A DNA stretch of 32,000 nucleotides from Opitutales bacterium (GTDB lineage Bacteria; Verrucomicrobiota; Verrucomicrobiia; Opitutales; Coraliomargaritaceae), in the NCBI GenBank assembly GCA_049606355.1, contig JBMYVL010000002.1, positions 30,001 through 62,000 of the forward strand. The letters are read 5' to 3'. Made by a program: the position numbers and the translations under genes. Positions within the stretch are counted from its first letter, which is position 1, and the number at the start of each line of letters is the position of its first letter. Below, in pieces: positions 13,733 through 23,088 of the stretch. The notes below the pieces were generated by a model, which was given only the letters and a program-made list of their open reading frames with translations, had not been told where the DNA came from and ran no database searches.

Positions 13733-14512
13733 ATGGAGATAATATTTTTAGGTACCGGTACTTCGCAAGGTGTGCCAATGATCGCACACCCTGAGGGTGG
13801 ATGTGACTTAAACAACCCGAAGAACTGGCGGAGTCGCTGTTCAGTTCATGTCGAAATGGGTGGGCATCACATACAGGTTGATGCAGCTCCCGAATTTCGA
13901 CTGCAGTGTATTCAGAATGATATCCGATTGATTGATACGTTCATTTTAACGCATTCGCATGCAGACCATATTATGGGGATGGATGACCTACGTCGTTTCT
14001 GCGATTTGAAAGGCGGTAATGCTTTGCCGGTTTATAGCAGTTTAGATGGCTTGAGTCGTATTCAGGCGATTTTTCCGTATGCAATCATGGATCAGCCTAA
14101 AGTCTCTGGTTATCCGGCTTTTACGCTTCATGAAATGCCCAGTAAACTGGATCTACCGGGCGGTACGGTTGAATCCGTGTACTTACCGCATGGCGGCCTG
14201 GAAGTTTTGGGTCTTATATTTACGGAGGCTTCGACTGAAAAAAAACTCGCCTATTTTACCGACTGTAAGGAGGTCGGTACCGCAGCACGAAGTCTTGCGA
14301 AAGGAGCGGATCTACTCGTGATCGACGGCCTTAGGCCGGATCCGCACCCATCTCACATGAGTTTAAATGAAGCAATTGAAACCGCAGTCGAAATGGCTGC
14401 GCCGCTCACTTATATCACACATATGACCTATATGGTCGATCATGAAAGCGTGGAGTCGAATTTACCGGATCGGGTACGCCTCGCTTATGATGGTCTACGT
14501 GTTAAATGCTGA
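13733..14512 (+). CDS. MBL-fold metallo-hydrolase (PhnP/PqqB-like subgroup)
   Basis: IIFLGTGTSQGVP at the N-terminus, the metallo-beta-lactamase motif THSHADH, and a 259-aa length. Confidence 0.75.
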   Translation: MEIIFLGTGTSQGVPMIAHPEGGCDLNNPKNWRSRCSVHVEMGGHHIQVDAAPEFRLQCIQNDIRLIDTFILTHSHADHIMGMDDLRRFCDLKGGNALPVYSSLDGLSRIQAIFPYAIMDQPKVSGYPAFTLHEMPSKLDLPGGTVESVYLPHGGLEVLGLIFTEASTEKKLAYFTDCKEVGTAARSLAKGADLLVIDGLRPDPHPSHMSLNEAIETAVEMAAPLTYITHMTYMVDHESVESNLPDRVRLAYDGLRVKC

Positions 14513-14537
14513 GCCTTTATCCGTGCGATGACGGGCA

Positions 14538-15503
14538 TCAGTTGTCTGCAAAGACACCAAGCTTGCGGAAACGCTCGTAACGTGCATCGAGTAATTCTTC
14601 TGTCGACTTCGTGCCGTGTTGTTTTAACGATTTCAGTATCGCCGATTTAAGCGTGTCAGCAGTACCATCGTAATCACGCTGCGCGCCGCCAACTGGCTCA
14701 GTAATAATTTGATCCACTACGCCAAATTTCAATAGGTGTTCGGGGCTGAAACGAAGTGCATCCGCTGCTAATGGGGCAGCCGCACGATCCTTCCACAAGA
14801 TTGCTGCGCAGCCTTCAGGAGAGATTACTGAATAATAGCCGTTTTCGAGAATCATAACCTCGTCTGCGACTGCCATGCCGAGCGCACCGCCAGACCCACC
14901 TTCTCCGATTACAATGGTGATGACCGGCACCTTCAACGCACTCATATCACGAATGTTTACAGCGATGGCTTCGGCTACGTGCCGTTCTTCGGCTCCGATT
15001 CCAGGGTAGGCACCTGGAGTGTCAATGAGCGTAACAATTGGCATTTGGAATTTTTCAGCCATCTCCATGAGGCGCATTGCTTTTCGATAGCCTTCAGGGT
15101 GGGGGCATCCGAAATTACGCTTTAAGTTATCCTTGGTGTTTCGTCCCTTCTGCTGACCAATCACCATGACGGGTTGCCCATCAAGGAAGGCTGGTCCCCC
15201 AACGATTGCGGCATCATCCTTGTAGCGCCGATCGCCATGTAACTCTTCAAAGTCGGTGAAAATGCGTTCGATATAATCGATCGCGTAGGGGCGGTTCGGG
15301 TGCCGCGACAGTTGAACACGCTGCCATGCAGTTAGATTCGAGTAAATATCCACCTTCATGGCTTCAATTTTCTTTTCGATCGCCGCGATTTCACTCCCGA
15401 CATCAACTTTTGATTCCTGCGAAACCTTCTGCAGGGTACTCAGTTGCTTTTCCAGCTCACGCAGGGGTTTCTCAAATTCTAGTGTGTAAGTAACGTCTTC
15501 CAT
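14538..15503 (-). CDS. accA: Acetyl-CoA carboxylase carboxyltransferase alpha subunit
   Basis: 321 aa. Contains LTAWQRVQLSRHPNRPY, FLDGQPVMVIGQQKG, IVTLIDTPGAYPG and GEGGSGGAL. Confidence 0.92.
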   Translation of the reverse strand: MEDVTYTLEFEKPLRELEKQLSTLQKVSQESKVDVGSEIAAIEKKIEAMKVDIYSNLTAWQRVQLSRHPNRPYAIDYIERIFTDFEELHGDRRYKDDAAIVGGPAFLDGQPVMVIGQQKGRNTKDNLKRNFGCPHPEGYRKAMRLMEMAEKFQMPIVTLIDTPGAYPGIGAEERHVAEAIAVNIRDMSALKVPVITIVIGEGGSGGALGMAVADEVMILENGYYSVISPEGCAAILWKDRAAAPLAADALRFSPEHLLKFGVVDQIITEPVGGAQRDYDGTADTLKSAILKSLKQHGTKSTEELLDARYERFRKLGVFADN

Positions 15504-15550
15504 ACTGATCGCTTAAATGTGTGTCTGGATTTGAGTGTGTGTCAATGCCA

Positions 15551-15907
15551 CTAAAGAGCCCCTTTTTCGGGTGGGCTCTTTAATTCATCCTTCCATCCCA
15601 GCATACGAGCTTGGGCGCCATAGTGTTCGGCCTTTTCTTTATCGCCGCGGGCGACCCATATGCGCGAGAGGCTCGTATTGATGTGGATGTCTTCTGGCTG
15701 GAGACTATGGGCCTTCTCTGCTGACTTTAAAGCCGCATCGTACTGTCCTTCAGCATATAAGACCTCGGTGAGCGCGAGCCAGCCTGTAAAGCTTGTTGGA
15801 TTGCCTTTGGTTATTTCAGCTAATTTTTGTATCGCACCAGCAGCGTCACCTAAGGTGAAGTCATAAGTGGCGTCGTCGATGCGGTCTTGTAGGTTCGAAT
15901 CTCCCAT
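15551..15907 (-). CDS. Small tetratricopeptide-repeat (TPR) protein
   Basis: TPR-like A/G/Y/L periodicity (WLALTEVLYAEGQYDAALKSAEKAHSLQP...). I chose the ATG at 15907 (MGDSNLQ); the ORF opens at 15979, which would overlap the divergent neighbour. Confidence 0.6.
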   Translation of the reverse strand: MGDSNLQDRIDDATYDFTLGDAAGAIQKLAEITKGNPTSFTGWLALTEVLYAEGQYDAALKSAEKAHSLQPEDIHINTSLSRIWVARGDKEKAEHYGAQARMLGWKDELKSPPEKGAL

Positions 15908-15958
15908 TATTATCCCTTTAGGGTTGAACTGAGTGGATGGCTGAGTGGATACTGATGT

Positions 15959-16663
15959 ATGCCCGACCCGCAAATCCAAAAGCTCTTAATTGTCCAAGAT
16001 CGTGATGTTGAACTGTTGAAAATTGAACAAGAGCTGAAGCGCATACCAATTGAGCGGCAGAATTTAGAAGCAAAGGTCATTGCAGAGAGGGAAAACATCG
16101 AAGTTGCTCAAAAGACCCTTCGCGAGAAAGAAGTAAGGCGTAGTGAACTGGACGCAGATGTAAAGGCGCAGGAGGCTGCGGTGAATCGCTTTCGGACTCA
16201 ACAACTCGAAGTCAAAAAAAACGACGAATACCGTGCCTTAACCCAGCAGATTGATCAGGCAGAGAAAGCAATCTCTGATTTAGAGGAAGCCGAGATCGCC
16301 TTGATGTTGGAAATCGACCTCGAGCAGGAAAAATTTAAATTAGAAAAAGTTGCGATCGAGTCGCGCATCAAAGAGCTGAATCGCTTGACTGATGTGTTGG
16401 CTGAGCGTGAGCGCGAGATGCAAGCGTCATTGCTGCAGGCGCGTAACTTGGCAAGCGAAGTGCGAGAAGGCGTTGATAGTAACTATCTGGAGCACTATGA
16501 ACGAGTTAAAAAATTGACCAAACGAGCACCCTTTGTAGTGCCGATTGTTGAGCACAAGTGTGGTGGTTGCCACTTGAGGGTTTCCAACGAAGTCTCTCGC
16601 GGTGCGATGATTTCAGGCGAGCCGCATTTTTGTGATCAGTGTGCACGCTTGGTCTATGCTTAG
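15959..16663 (+). CDS. COG1579-type coiled-coil plus C4 zinc-ribbon protein
   Basis: About 190 aa of heptad-rich E/K/L coiled coil, followed by CGGCHLRV...FCDQCARLVY. Confidence 0.7.
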   Translation: MPDPQIQKLLIVQDRDVELLKIEQELKRIPIERQNLEAKVIAERENIEVAQKTLREKEVRRSELDADVKAQEAAVNRFRTQQLEVKKNDEYRALTQQIDQAEKAISDLEEAEIALMLEIDLEQEKFKLEKVAIESRIKELNRLTDVLAEREREMQASLLQARNLASEVREGVDSNYLEHYERVKKLTKRAPFVVPIVEHKCGGCHLRVSNEVSRGAMISGEPHFCDQCARLVYA

Positions 16664-16710
16664 TTAATCTCAGCGCATGCGCGGGTCTCCACATTTCTTG
16701 TTTCAATAAC

Positions 16711-16739
16711 TTGACAAGTGCAGCTTCGACGCCTTGCAT
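16711..16739 (+). promoter_or_regulatory. Possible promoter for tRNA-Lys
   Basis: TTGACA-N17-TTGCAT, ending 15 nt before the tRNA 5' end. The -10 is poor (3 of 6 positions). Confidence 0.3.
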
Positions 16740-16754
16740 CCGCGGTTCAAACAG

Positions 16755-16830
<76 letters not shown>

Positions 16831-16908
16831 GTTTCTTTGCTGGTTCACGCATGTTGTCTTGTGGTGTATTTGGGAAGTCGGTGGACGGAGAAATTCTTCA
16901 CCATTTTT

Positions 16909-16936
16909 TGAACAAGTTGCCATAAAAGGAATCTAA
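16909..16936 (+). promoter_or_regulatory. Putative ECF-type (autoregulated) promoter upstream of the ECF sigma gene
   Basis: TGAACAA-N16-TCTAA resembles the RpoE-type consensus GGAACTT-N16-TCxxA. It ends 26 nt before the ATG at 16963. Confidence 0.4.
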
Positions 16937-16962
16937 AGTAGCAATCTTTAGACGATTGTATT

Positions 16963-17565
16963 ATGAGCCTTAAAACCAGTGCTGCGCAGATAGATGCATT
17001 GTTAGTTGAACGCATTAAGCGAGGTGACGGAGCTGCTTACAATGATATGGTGGCACGTTATTGGGACCGGATCTTTGCGCGCGTGCATAGTTTGCTGAAA
17101 AACCAGCAGGATGCCGAAGAAGTCACTCAAGATGCTTTTATTCGTGCTCACCGCGGCTTGGACAGCTTTCGCGGCGATGCGTCGTTCTCGACGTGGCTTT
17201 ATCAGATTGCTACCAACCTTGCGCACAATCGTTACTGGTACTGGTTTCGGCGCAAGCGTGAGCAGTCGATTTCATTGGATCAGCCTATCGCTGAAGAGGG
17301 GGATTTAACCCTAGAGAGTCTTCTGCCAGCTTCCTGTGAAAGTCCTGCAGAGGCGGCTGTGACTCAGGAGTTTGTGGATCGCGTGAGGGTCTGTATGCAG
17401 GATCTCAATGAAAAGCACCGTGAGGTGTTGATACTGCGTAATGTGAGAAACCTCAGTTACGAGGCGATCGCTCAAGAACTCGGAATTAGTGTTGGTACAG
17501 TGAAGAGCCGTATCGCGCGTGCGCGGGATAGCTTGCGTAGTCGAATGGGTGACGATTTCTCATGA
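16963..17565 (+). CDS. ECF (sigma-24/group IV) RNA polymerase sigma factor
   Basis: Region 2 reads DAEEVTQDAFIRAHRGLDSFRGDASFSTWLYQIATN. Region 4 HTH reads LSYEAIAQELGISVGTVKSRIARAR. Confidence 0.9.
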   Translation: MSLKTSAAQIDALLVERIKRGDGAAYNDMVARYWDRIFARVHSLLKNQQDAEEVTQDAFIRAHRGLDSFRGDASFSTWLYQIATNLAHNRYWYWFRRKREQSISLDQPIAEEGDLTLESLLPASCESPAEAAVTQEFVDRVRVCMQDLNEKHREVLILRNVRNLSYEAIAQELGISVGTVKSRIARARDSLRSRMGDDFS

Positions 17566-18224
17566 GGGACGAAGCTTTTCAGGACTTAGTTAATTTACAT
17601 TTGGATGGTGAATTGTCGTCTGAACAGCGGAATTTACTGCGTGGTGAACTGGAGGCGCACCCGCAGCGTGCCCGCGAATTCTCGAAGGCGTGTAAGCTAA
17701 ATGTGGCGATGCAAATGGTGCTGGATCCTTGCGTTTTGCAGCCTAAAGATTTGGAGACTCGGTCACGCTTAGTACCTTTCTTCTGCCTGTCATGTCTTGT
17801 GGTGGCTGTATTGATCTGCTCGGCTGGTTTGCATCTTTTTCGAGCGGCCAATGGTACGCGTGATGTAGTTGATTGGCAACTGGTTGAGCGCGAGGGCGGT
17901 AGTGTCGATCTGCAGCATTTCCAATTAATTCGTCATGACTTAGAAAAAGAACGCATCCGTCAAGCAAGTGAGCTGCGTTGGTTAAATCGTGTGGTAGCAG
18001 CAGATCCTTCGATCAGCCGTGTGGAGCCGAATCAAGTGCCAGTTTTGGTTACTCGTGATGATCTGATGGTACACAATGCGGCACTCCAGCGATTGAGCTT
18101 TACCCAAGATGCAACACGAGCTCCCCGTCAGGGGATTGAGACTTCGCTACCACTGCCGGGAAACAGCTCAAAGCGGAGCGGTCAGCCATATGGCTTTAAG
18201 GCAAGTTTGGCCGGATATAAGTGA
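17562..18224 (+). CDS. Putative cognate anti-sigma factor (single-pass membrane, zinc-less N-terminal domain)
   Basis: A 4-nt ATGA start/stop overlap with the sigma gene. The N-terminus LVNLHLDGELSSEQRNLLRGELEAHP matches the anti-sigma helix pattern but lacks the HxxxCxxC zinc motif. One TM segment, FFCLSCLVVAVLICSAGLHLF. Confidence 0.6.
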   Translation: MRDEAFQDLVNLHLDGELSSEQRNLLRGELEAHPQRAREFSKACKLNVAMQMVLDPCVLQPKDLETRSRLVPFFCLSCLVVAVLICSAGLHLFRAANGTRDVVDWQLVEREGGSVDLQHFQLIRHDLEKERIRQASELRWLNRVVAADPSISRVEPNQVPVLVTRDDLMVHNAALQRLSFTQDATRAPRQGIETSLPLPGNSSKRSGQPYGFKASLAGYK

Positions 18225-18237
18225 ATCCAAATTTAGA

Positions 18238-18849
18238 TTAAGCGAGAGCTTTGCGAATTAATTCCTCAACACTCGCAGTTGCGGAAAGTTGCCCAACTGC
18301 GCCACGTACGAGTTTATCGGCTTCCGCGGGTTTGTAGCCAAGTGCGATCAAGCTGGCTACAGCATCTTGGTAGTTGCTGGACGATGGAGTTGCCTCTGCT
18401 GCCGCCACGGTTCCACTGCTGCTCGATCCGGCGCTGATATGCGCAGTAGCCACTTTATCTTTGAGTTCGATGACGAGGCGTTCGGCAGTCTTTTTACCGA
18501 TCCCAGGGCATTTCGAGAGCAGTGTTATGTCTGAATTAGCGATTGCGCTTTGAAGCAATTCAACTGACAAGCGGCTTAATATACCGATGCCAATTTTGGG
18601 GCCAATCCCTGAAACTTTCTCAATGAGTAAGCGAAAGAAATCTCGATCGCGACGTATGATAAACCCGTATAAAGTCGCGCTATCTTCACGGTAAACCGCA
18701 TGGGTAAATAGGGTGCATTGCTGCCCGACTGCAGGTATTCTTTCGGCTGTGCTCAAAGGTATGTGCAACTCGTATCCGATACCATTGGCTTCGATGATGA
18801 CCAACAGTGGTGTCGCCTCGAGGACAGTTCCCTTGATTTGCGCGATCAT
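18238..18849 (-). CDS. ruvA: Holliday junction branch-migration complex subunit RuvA
   Basis: MIAQIKGTV...GIGYELHIPLST, and the HhH motifs VSGIGPKIGIGIL and CPGIGKKTAERL. Confidence 0.9.
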   Translation of the reverse strand: MIAQIKGTVLEATPLLVIIEANGIGYELHIPLSTAERIPAVGQQCTLFTHAVYREDSATLYGFIIRRDRDFFRLLIEKVSGIGPKIGIGILSRLSVELLQSAIANSDITLLSKCPGIGKKTAERLVIELKDKVATAHISAGSSSSGTVAAAEATPSSSNYQDAVASLIALGYKPAEADKLVRGAVGQLSATASVEELIRKALA

Positions 18850-18852
18850 GAA

Positions 18853-19593
18853 TTAATCGACCAAGCCTAGGACATCTTCCATATTGTAGAGGCCGTCTGG
18901 CTTGCCTGTAGCCCAAACTGCGGCACGAATGGCACCTTGGGCGAAAATTTTGCGATCGGTCGCGCGGTGCGTGAGTTCGATCCGTTCACCGGTGCCACAA
19001 AAATAGACCGTATGCTCGCCGACAATATCACCACCACGTAATGCATGAACACCGATTTCATCGACCGGTCGGGCACCGACTTGGCCTTCGCGACCGTGGA
19101 CAACTTGATTGTCCTGCAGCCGATATTCCGCCCGTAAAATTTCAATGAGACGTTCGGCGGTTCCGCTAGGCGCATCTTTTTTATCATGATGATGCATTTC
19201 CATAACCTCCGGTTCGTAGGTGTTGCCAAGAATAGCCGCTGCCTTGCGTGTCAGGTAATTGAGTGTATTTACGCCAACCGAGTAGTTGCCTGCCCAAACA
19301 ACCGGTATTTTACCTTTGGTAGCTTGTAGAATTGCGCTCCGCTCTTGTTCGTTATGTCCTGTAGTGCCAATTACAAGGGGGCGTTGATGAGCAGCCGCTA
19401 GTGCGGCAATGCTAGCAGTGACCTCGTGGAAACTGAAGTCGATCACGGCATCGCAGCTCACAATATGTGGCGCGGGATCGTCCCCTGCATCACAGGCGGC
19501 AACAATTGTGGCACCATTGGATTCGGCTATCTCTTGGATGGCCTTTCCCATGCGCCCTTGAGACCCGATAAGTAGTATTTTAAGAGCTTCCAT
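18853..19593 (-). CDS. dapB: 4-hydroxy-tetrahydrodipicolinate reductase
   Basis: KILLIGSQGRMG (NAD(P)-binding), GTTG, EMHHHDKKDAPSGTA. I preferred the ATG at 19593; the ORF opens at 19617, which would overlap dapA by 17 nt. Confidence 0.9.
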   Translation of the reverse strand: MEALKILLIGSQGRMGKAIQEIAESNGATIVAACDAGDDPAPHIVSCDAVIDFSFHEVTASIAALAAAHQRPLVIGTTGHNEQERSAILQATKGKIPVVWAGNYSVGVNTLNYLTRKAAAILGNTYEPEVMEMHHHDKKDAPSGTAERLIEILRAEYRLQDNQVVHGREGQVGARPVDEIGVHALRGGDIVGEHTVYFCGTGERIELTHRATDRKIFAQGAIRAAVWATGKPDGLYNMEDVLGLVD

Positions 19594-19600
19594 AACAGCG

Positions 19601-20494
19601 TTAGTCGACAAGACCATAGTTCTCGAGTAAAGAATTTAAGATCTCCCGAGTCGAAGCACTCAGCGGGCAGAGTGGCGATCGAACCGAGTCATTGGAGATG
19701 ATGCCGGCACATTGTAGGGTATATTTAATTGGCACTGGGTTAGGCTCAATGAACAGTGCCTTAAAGAGCGGATGGTAGTTCAGGAAGATCTTACGAGCAG
19801 TCGCGTAATCATTCTTCTGCGCGGCTTCGACCATTTGAACTAACGGAGCAACTACTAGATTCGAGGCAACGCTAATCACACCTGTGGCGCCCGCAGACAT
19901 GAATGGTAGCGTTAGACCATCGTCACCGCTCATTACCGCGTAGTCCGGTCCTAGCGCACGTACATAATCGATTACCTTTTCGCAGGATCCTTCGGCGGCT
20001 TTCATGCAGCACACGTGCGGATACTTTTCGTAAAGGCGTGCAGTCACCTCTACGCTAATTTCAATACCACATCGTGAAGGGATCGAGTAGAGGATTATCG
20101 CTTTATCGGTAGCTTCTGCAATACGGCTAAAGTGGTGGAGCAAGCCTTCTTGGCTTGGCTTATTATAATAGGGCGCGACAACAAGAAATCCATCTGCACC
20201 CGCAGCATCTGCCAACTTCGTTAGCTCGATTGCCTCCTCGGTCGAGTTGGATCCGGTTCCTGCGATAACCGGTACCTTGCCAGCAGCAGCTTGCACCGTA
20301 GCCTTTACCACATCGATATGTTCTTTGTGGTTAAGTGTGGGTGATTCGCCCGTGGTGCCAACCGCAACCAGTCCATTGATACCTCCATTTAGCTGATGTG
20401 CTACCAGTCTTTCGAGGTCATTATAGGCGACGGCGCCTTCATTCATGGGCGTAGCGAGCGCAGTGAAAACTCCAGAGAATTGATTTGTCATCAT
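19601..20494 (-). CDS. dapA: 4-hydroxy-tetrahydrodipicolinate synthase
   Basis: GVFTALATPM, GLVAVGTTGESPTL, VIAGTGSNST, YYNKPSQEGL; 297 aa. Confidence 0.92.
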   Translation of the reverse strand: MMTNQFSGVFTALATPMNEGAVAYNDLERLVAHQLNGGINGLVAVGTTGESPTLNHKEHIDVVKATVQAAAGKVPVIAGTGSNSTEEAIELTKLADAAGADGFLVVAPYYNKPSQEGLLHHFSRIAEATDKAIILYSIPSRCGIEISVEVTARLYEKYPHVCCMKAAEGSCEKVIDYVRALGPDYAVMSGDDGLTLPFMSAGATGVISVASNLVVAPLVQMVEAAQKNDYATARKIFLNYHPLFKALFIEPNPVPIKYTLQCAGIISNDSVRSPLCPLSASTREILNSLLENYGLVD

Positions 20495-20612
20495 GATCGA
20501 TTTGGGATTAATCTCTTCGCAGTTTTTATGCTGCTGAATAGTTCTAACACGTCGATAAGCGCACGGTTGTTCAATAGAAAATTTCGCGGGGTTGATTATT
20601 CTGGTTTAGCCT

Positions 20613-21713
20613 ATGTCGGTACTTAAGTCTATCCACAGTTTATTGGCGCTTGCAGTACAGCATGCGGCAAGTGACATACACTTGAAATCGCACAAGGCGG
20701 CTTACTTCCGGTTGAGTGGCAAGCTTGAGCCGGTCGAGATGGAGCCGTTTACGCCGGCGAGCATAGAAGATTTTGTCGAGCAAACGGTTCCGCCCCAGTT
20801 ACAGGAAAATTGGGTTGAAGACGGACAAGTCGATTATTCGTACTCGGTTGATTCGGTCGGACGCTTTAGGGTGAATGCTTTCAAACAGCGGGGCCTCCCC
20901 GGTGTTGTGATGCGCCGTGTCAGCGACGAGCCGCCAACTTTTGAAGACCTACATTTAAATGCGTCCAATTTAATTCATCTTTGTGAGGAGCACGACGGGA
21001 TTGTGCTGCTTTGCGGCCCGACAGGGTCCGGCAAAAGTTCTACGCTAGCTGCGATGATTCATCACATAAACACGCATGCAGATAAGCATGTTGTAACTTT
21101 AGAGGATCCGATTGAATACACCTATACGGACCAACAGTCGATCATCAATCAGCGGGAAATTGGCATCGATTGCCCGAGTTTCGCTGCGGGAATGCGTGCG
21201 GTGCTCCGGCAAGACCCAGATGTTATTTTGGTTGGTGAGATGCGCGATCGAGAAACATTTGAGGCGGCGTTGCAGGCCGCGGAGACGGGCCACCTTGTCT
21301 TTGGGACCTTGCATGCCGCCAACGCCCAACAGGCTGTGCAGCGGTTGTTTGAATTTTTCCCTGTGGATCGGCATCAAGCGCTACAACGGCAAATCGCCGG
21401 CGCACTTAGGGGAGTCATTACACAAATGCTGTTGCCGGCATTAGAAGGTGGAGGGCGTCTTCCGGTAGCTGAATTTTTGATTGTCGATGCTTTGGCCCGT
21501 AAAACAATTGAGCAGGGTGACTTTGAGAAGATCGAGGGTGTGATCGAAGCAGGCATGGACGTTGGTTCCAGCAGTTTCAATCGGGGCCTTTATGATTTAG
21601 TTAAAGCGGGGAAGGTTGCCAAGAATGTTGCGCTAAGTGCATCGCCGAATGCGCGACAGTTGGAAATGAACCTGAAAGGAATCTTCTTAAGTGCGGGCGG
21701 TATCGTTGAATGA
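20613..21713 (+). CDS. PilT/PilU-family hexameric ATPase paralogue, not in the pil cluster
   Basis: [32 protein letters not shown] and [11 protein letters not shown] are present. The AIRNLIRE signature is not conserved (LARKTIEQGDF at the equivalent place). Confidence 0.85.
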   Translation: MSVLKSIHSLLALAVQHAASDIHLKSHKAAYFRLSGKLEPVEMEPFTPASIEDFVEQTVPPQLQENWVEDGQVDYSYSVDSVGRFRVNAFKQRGLPGVVMRRVSDEPPTFEDLHLNASNLIHLCEEHDGIVLLCGPTGSGKSSTLAAMIHHINTHADKHVVTLEDPIEYTYTDQQSIINQREIGIDCPSFAAGMRAVLRQDPDVILVGEMRDRETFEAALQAAETGHLVFGTLHAANAQQAVQRLFEFFPVDRHQALQRQIAGALRGVITQMLLPALEGGGRLPVAEFLIVDALARKTIEQGDFEKIEGVIEAGMDVGSSSFNRGLYDLVKAGKVAKNVALSASPNARQLEMNLKGIFLSAGGIVE

Positions 21714-21796
21714 ACGAATCACCTAAAGCTTACGTCATCATCGCTGTAGAGATTTCATTTCGGATCTAGCCGCGTGTGTGCATGCACAGGAATTGA

Positions 21797-21825
21797 AACA
21801 AAAAACCTCCCCTGTTGGGGAGGTT
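21797..21825 (-). terminator. Intrinsic terminator downstream of tRNA-Glu; it may also stop the convergent pilT-like gene
   Basis: Stem CCTCCCC/GGGGAGG (21806-21812 and 21817-21823), extendable by two A-T pairs, with loop TGTT. On the minus strand it is followed by TTTTTTGTT. Confidence 0.7.
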
Positions 21826-21843
21826 AACTACAGTAAATGCCAA

Positions 21844-21925
<82 letters not shown>

Positions 21926-22055
21926 ACTTGAATGAAGTGGGTGAAGTTATGTTGAGGGTCATAGCGTGCAAGTCTTTTTTTAGCTGAGCACACAATTTTA
22001 TCTAGATGCTTAAGAAACCGATTGCGCATGAGCGTTCAACGGGTATCCCCATTCT

Positions 22056-22964
22056 ATGCCTTCTGCTGATTTACCTTTTGAATTACCAACGAAACCTTTA
22101 CTCCACTTGGAGGGTTTGCCCTTTCCTAAAGTGGCATCCGGTAAAGTTCGCGAGATATTCGATCTAGGTGATGCCTTGCTGATGGTCGCTACGGACCGCG
22201 TCTCTGCATTCGATGTTATCATGGCAGAGGGCTTGGCCGGGAAGGGCGTGTTACTCACTCAGATCAGCCTTTATTGGTTTGAGCAGGCGGCCCGCCTCAC
22301 ACCGCATCATCTAGTTGACAATCATGCGGAGCGCTTGGAGGCATTAGCGCGGGAGTTTCCTGAACTCAAGGGCCGCAGTATGATTGTACAGAAGTTGAAG
22401 CCGTTGCCGATTGAGGCAGTTGTACGGGGTTATTTATCCGGCTCAGGATGGAAGGATTATCAGTCGAGAGGGCAGCTTTTCGAATATCCCTTGCCGCAAG
22501 GCTTACTGGAGAGTTCGCAGCTGCAGCAGCCTCTTTTTACGCCCACCACCAAAGTTGCGAGTGGGCACGATATGCCGATCGATTGCGCGGATGCCGCTTT
22601 ATTAATCGGTGCTGACTTATTTGAGCAAGTAAAGGCGATGAGTTTGGCATTGTACAAAATGGGTCAGGAGCATGCTGCCGCTGCGAATATAATCCTAGCA
22701 GATACTAAGTTTGAATTCGGTACGGATGCCGCCGGAAATCTTTATTTGATCGATGAAATATTAACGCCTGATTCATCGCGCTACTGGCCTAAATGCAGTT
22801 ATGCTCCAGGTGGTCCGCAACCCTCCTATGATAAGCAATTTATTCGCGATTATCTCGAGAGCCTGGAATGGGATAAAATGCCACCGCCACCGAATTTGCC
22901 TGATTCCGTCTTGGACGGCACACTCAACCGCTATTTAGAAGCGTATAAAAGTATTGTTACTTAA
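22056..22964 (+). CDS. purC: Phosphoribosylaminoimidazole-succinocarboxamide (SAICAR) synthase, long form
   Basis: GKVREIFD, LLMVATDRVSAFDVIM, ILADTKFEFG, DEILTPDSSRYW. Confidence 0.9.
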   Translation: MPSADLPFELPTKPLLHLEGLPFPKVASGKVREIFDLGDALLMVATDRVSAFDVIMAEGLAGKGVLLTQISLYWFEQAARLTPHHLVDNHAERLEALAREFPELKGRSMIVQKLKPLPIEAVVRGYLSGSGWKDYQSRGQLFEYPLPQGLLESSQLQQPLFTPTTKVASGHDMPIDCADAALLIGADLFEQVKAMSLALYKMGQEHAAAANIILADTKFEFGTDAAGNLYLIDEILTPDSSRYWPKCSYAPGGPQPSYDKQFIRDYLESLEWDKMPPPPNLPDSVLDGTLNRYLEAYKSIVT

Positions 22965-23088
22965 TGTACCTGTTATCGGATGTGGTATCCTGATTACAAG
23001 ATTCATAGCCTTTCAGGGGTAGTTCCGCTTCACTCGAAAGCTAATGCCGATATGGTTTACGTCTTTTGGTAGTGAGGCGGTTTGGATC

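Noticed and set aside
16673-16682. The perfect 10-nt palindrome GCGCATGCGC just after the zinc-ribbon gene.
   Set aside because: It is too short to form a hairpin with a loop, no U-tract follows, and it occurs only once. It is most likely chance.
20495-20612. A lysine riboswitch (L-box) upstream of dapA.
   Set aside because: The whole intergenic region is 118 nt, shorter than an L-box aptamer plus expression platform. I see none of its conserved helices.
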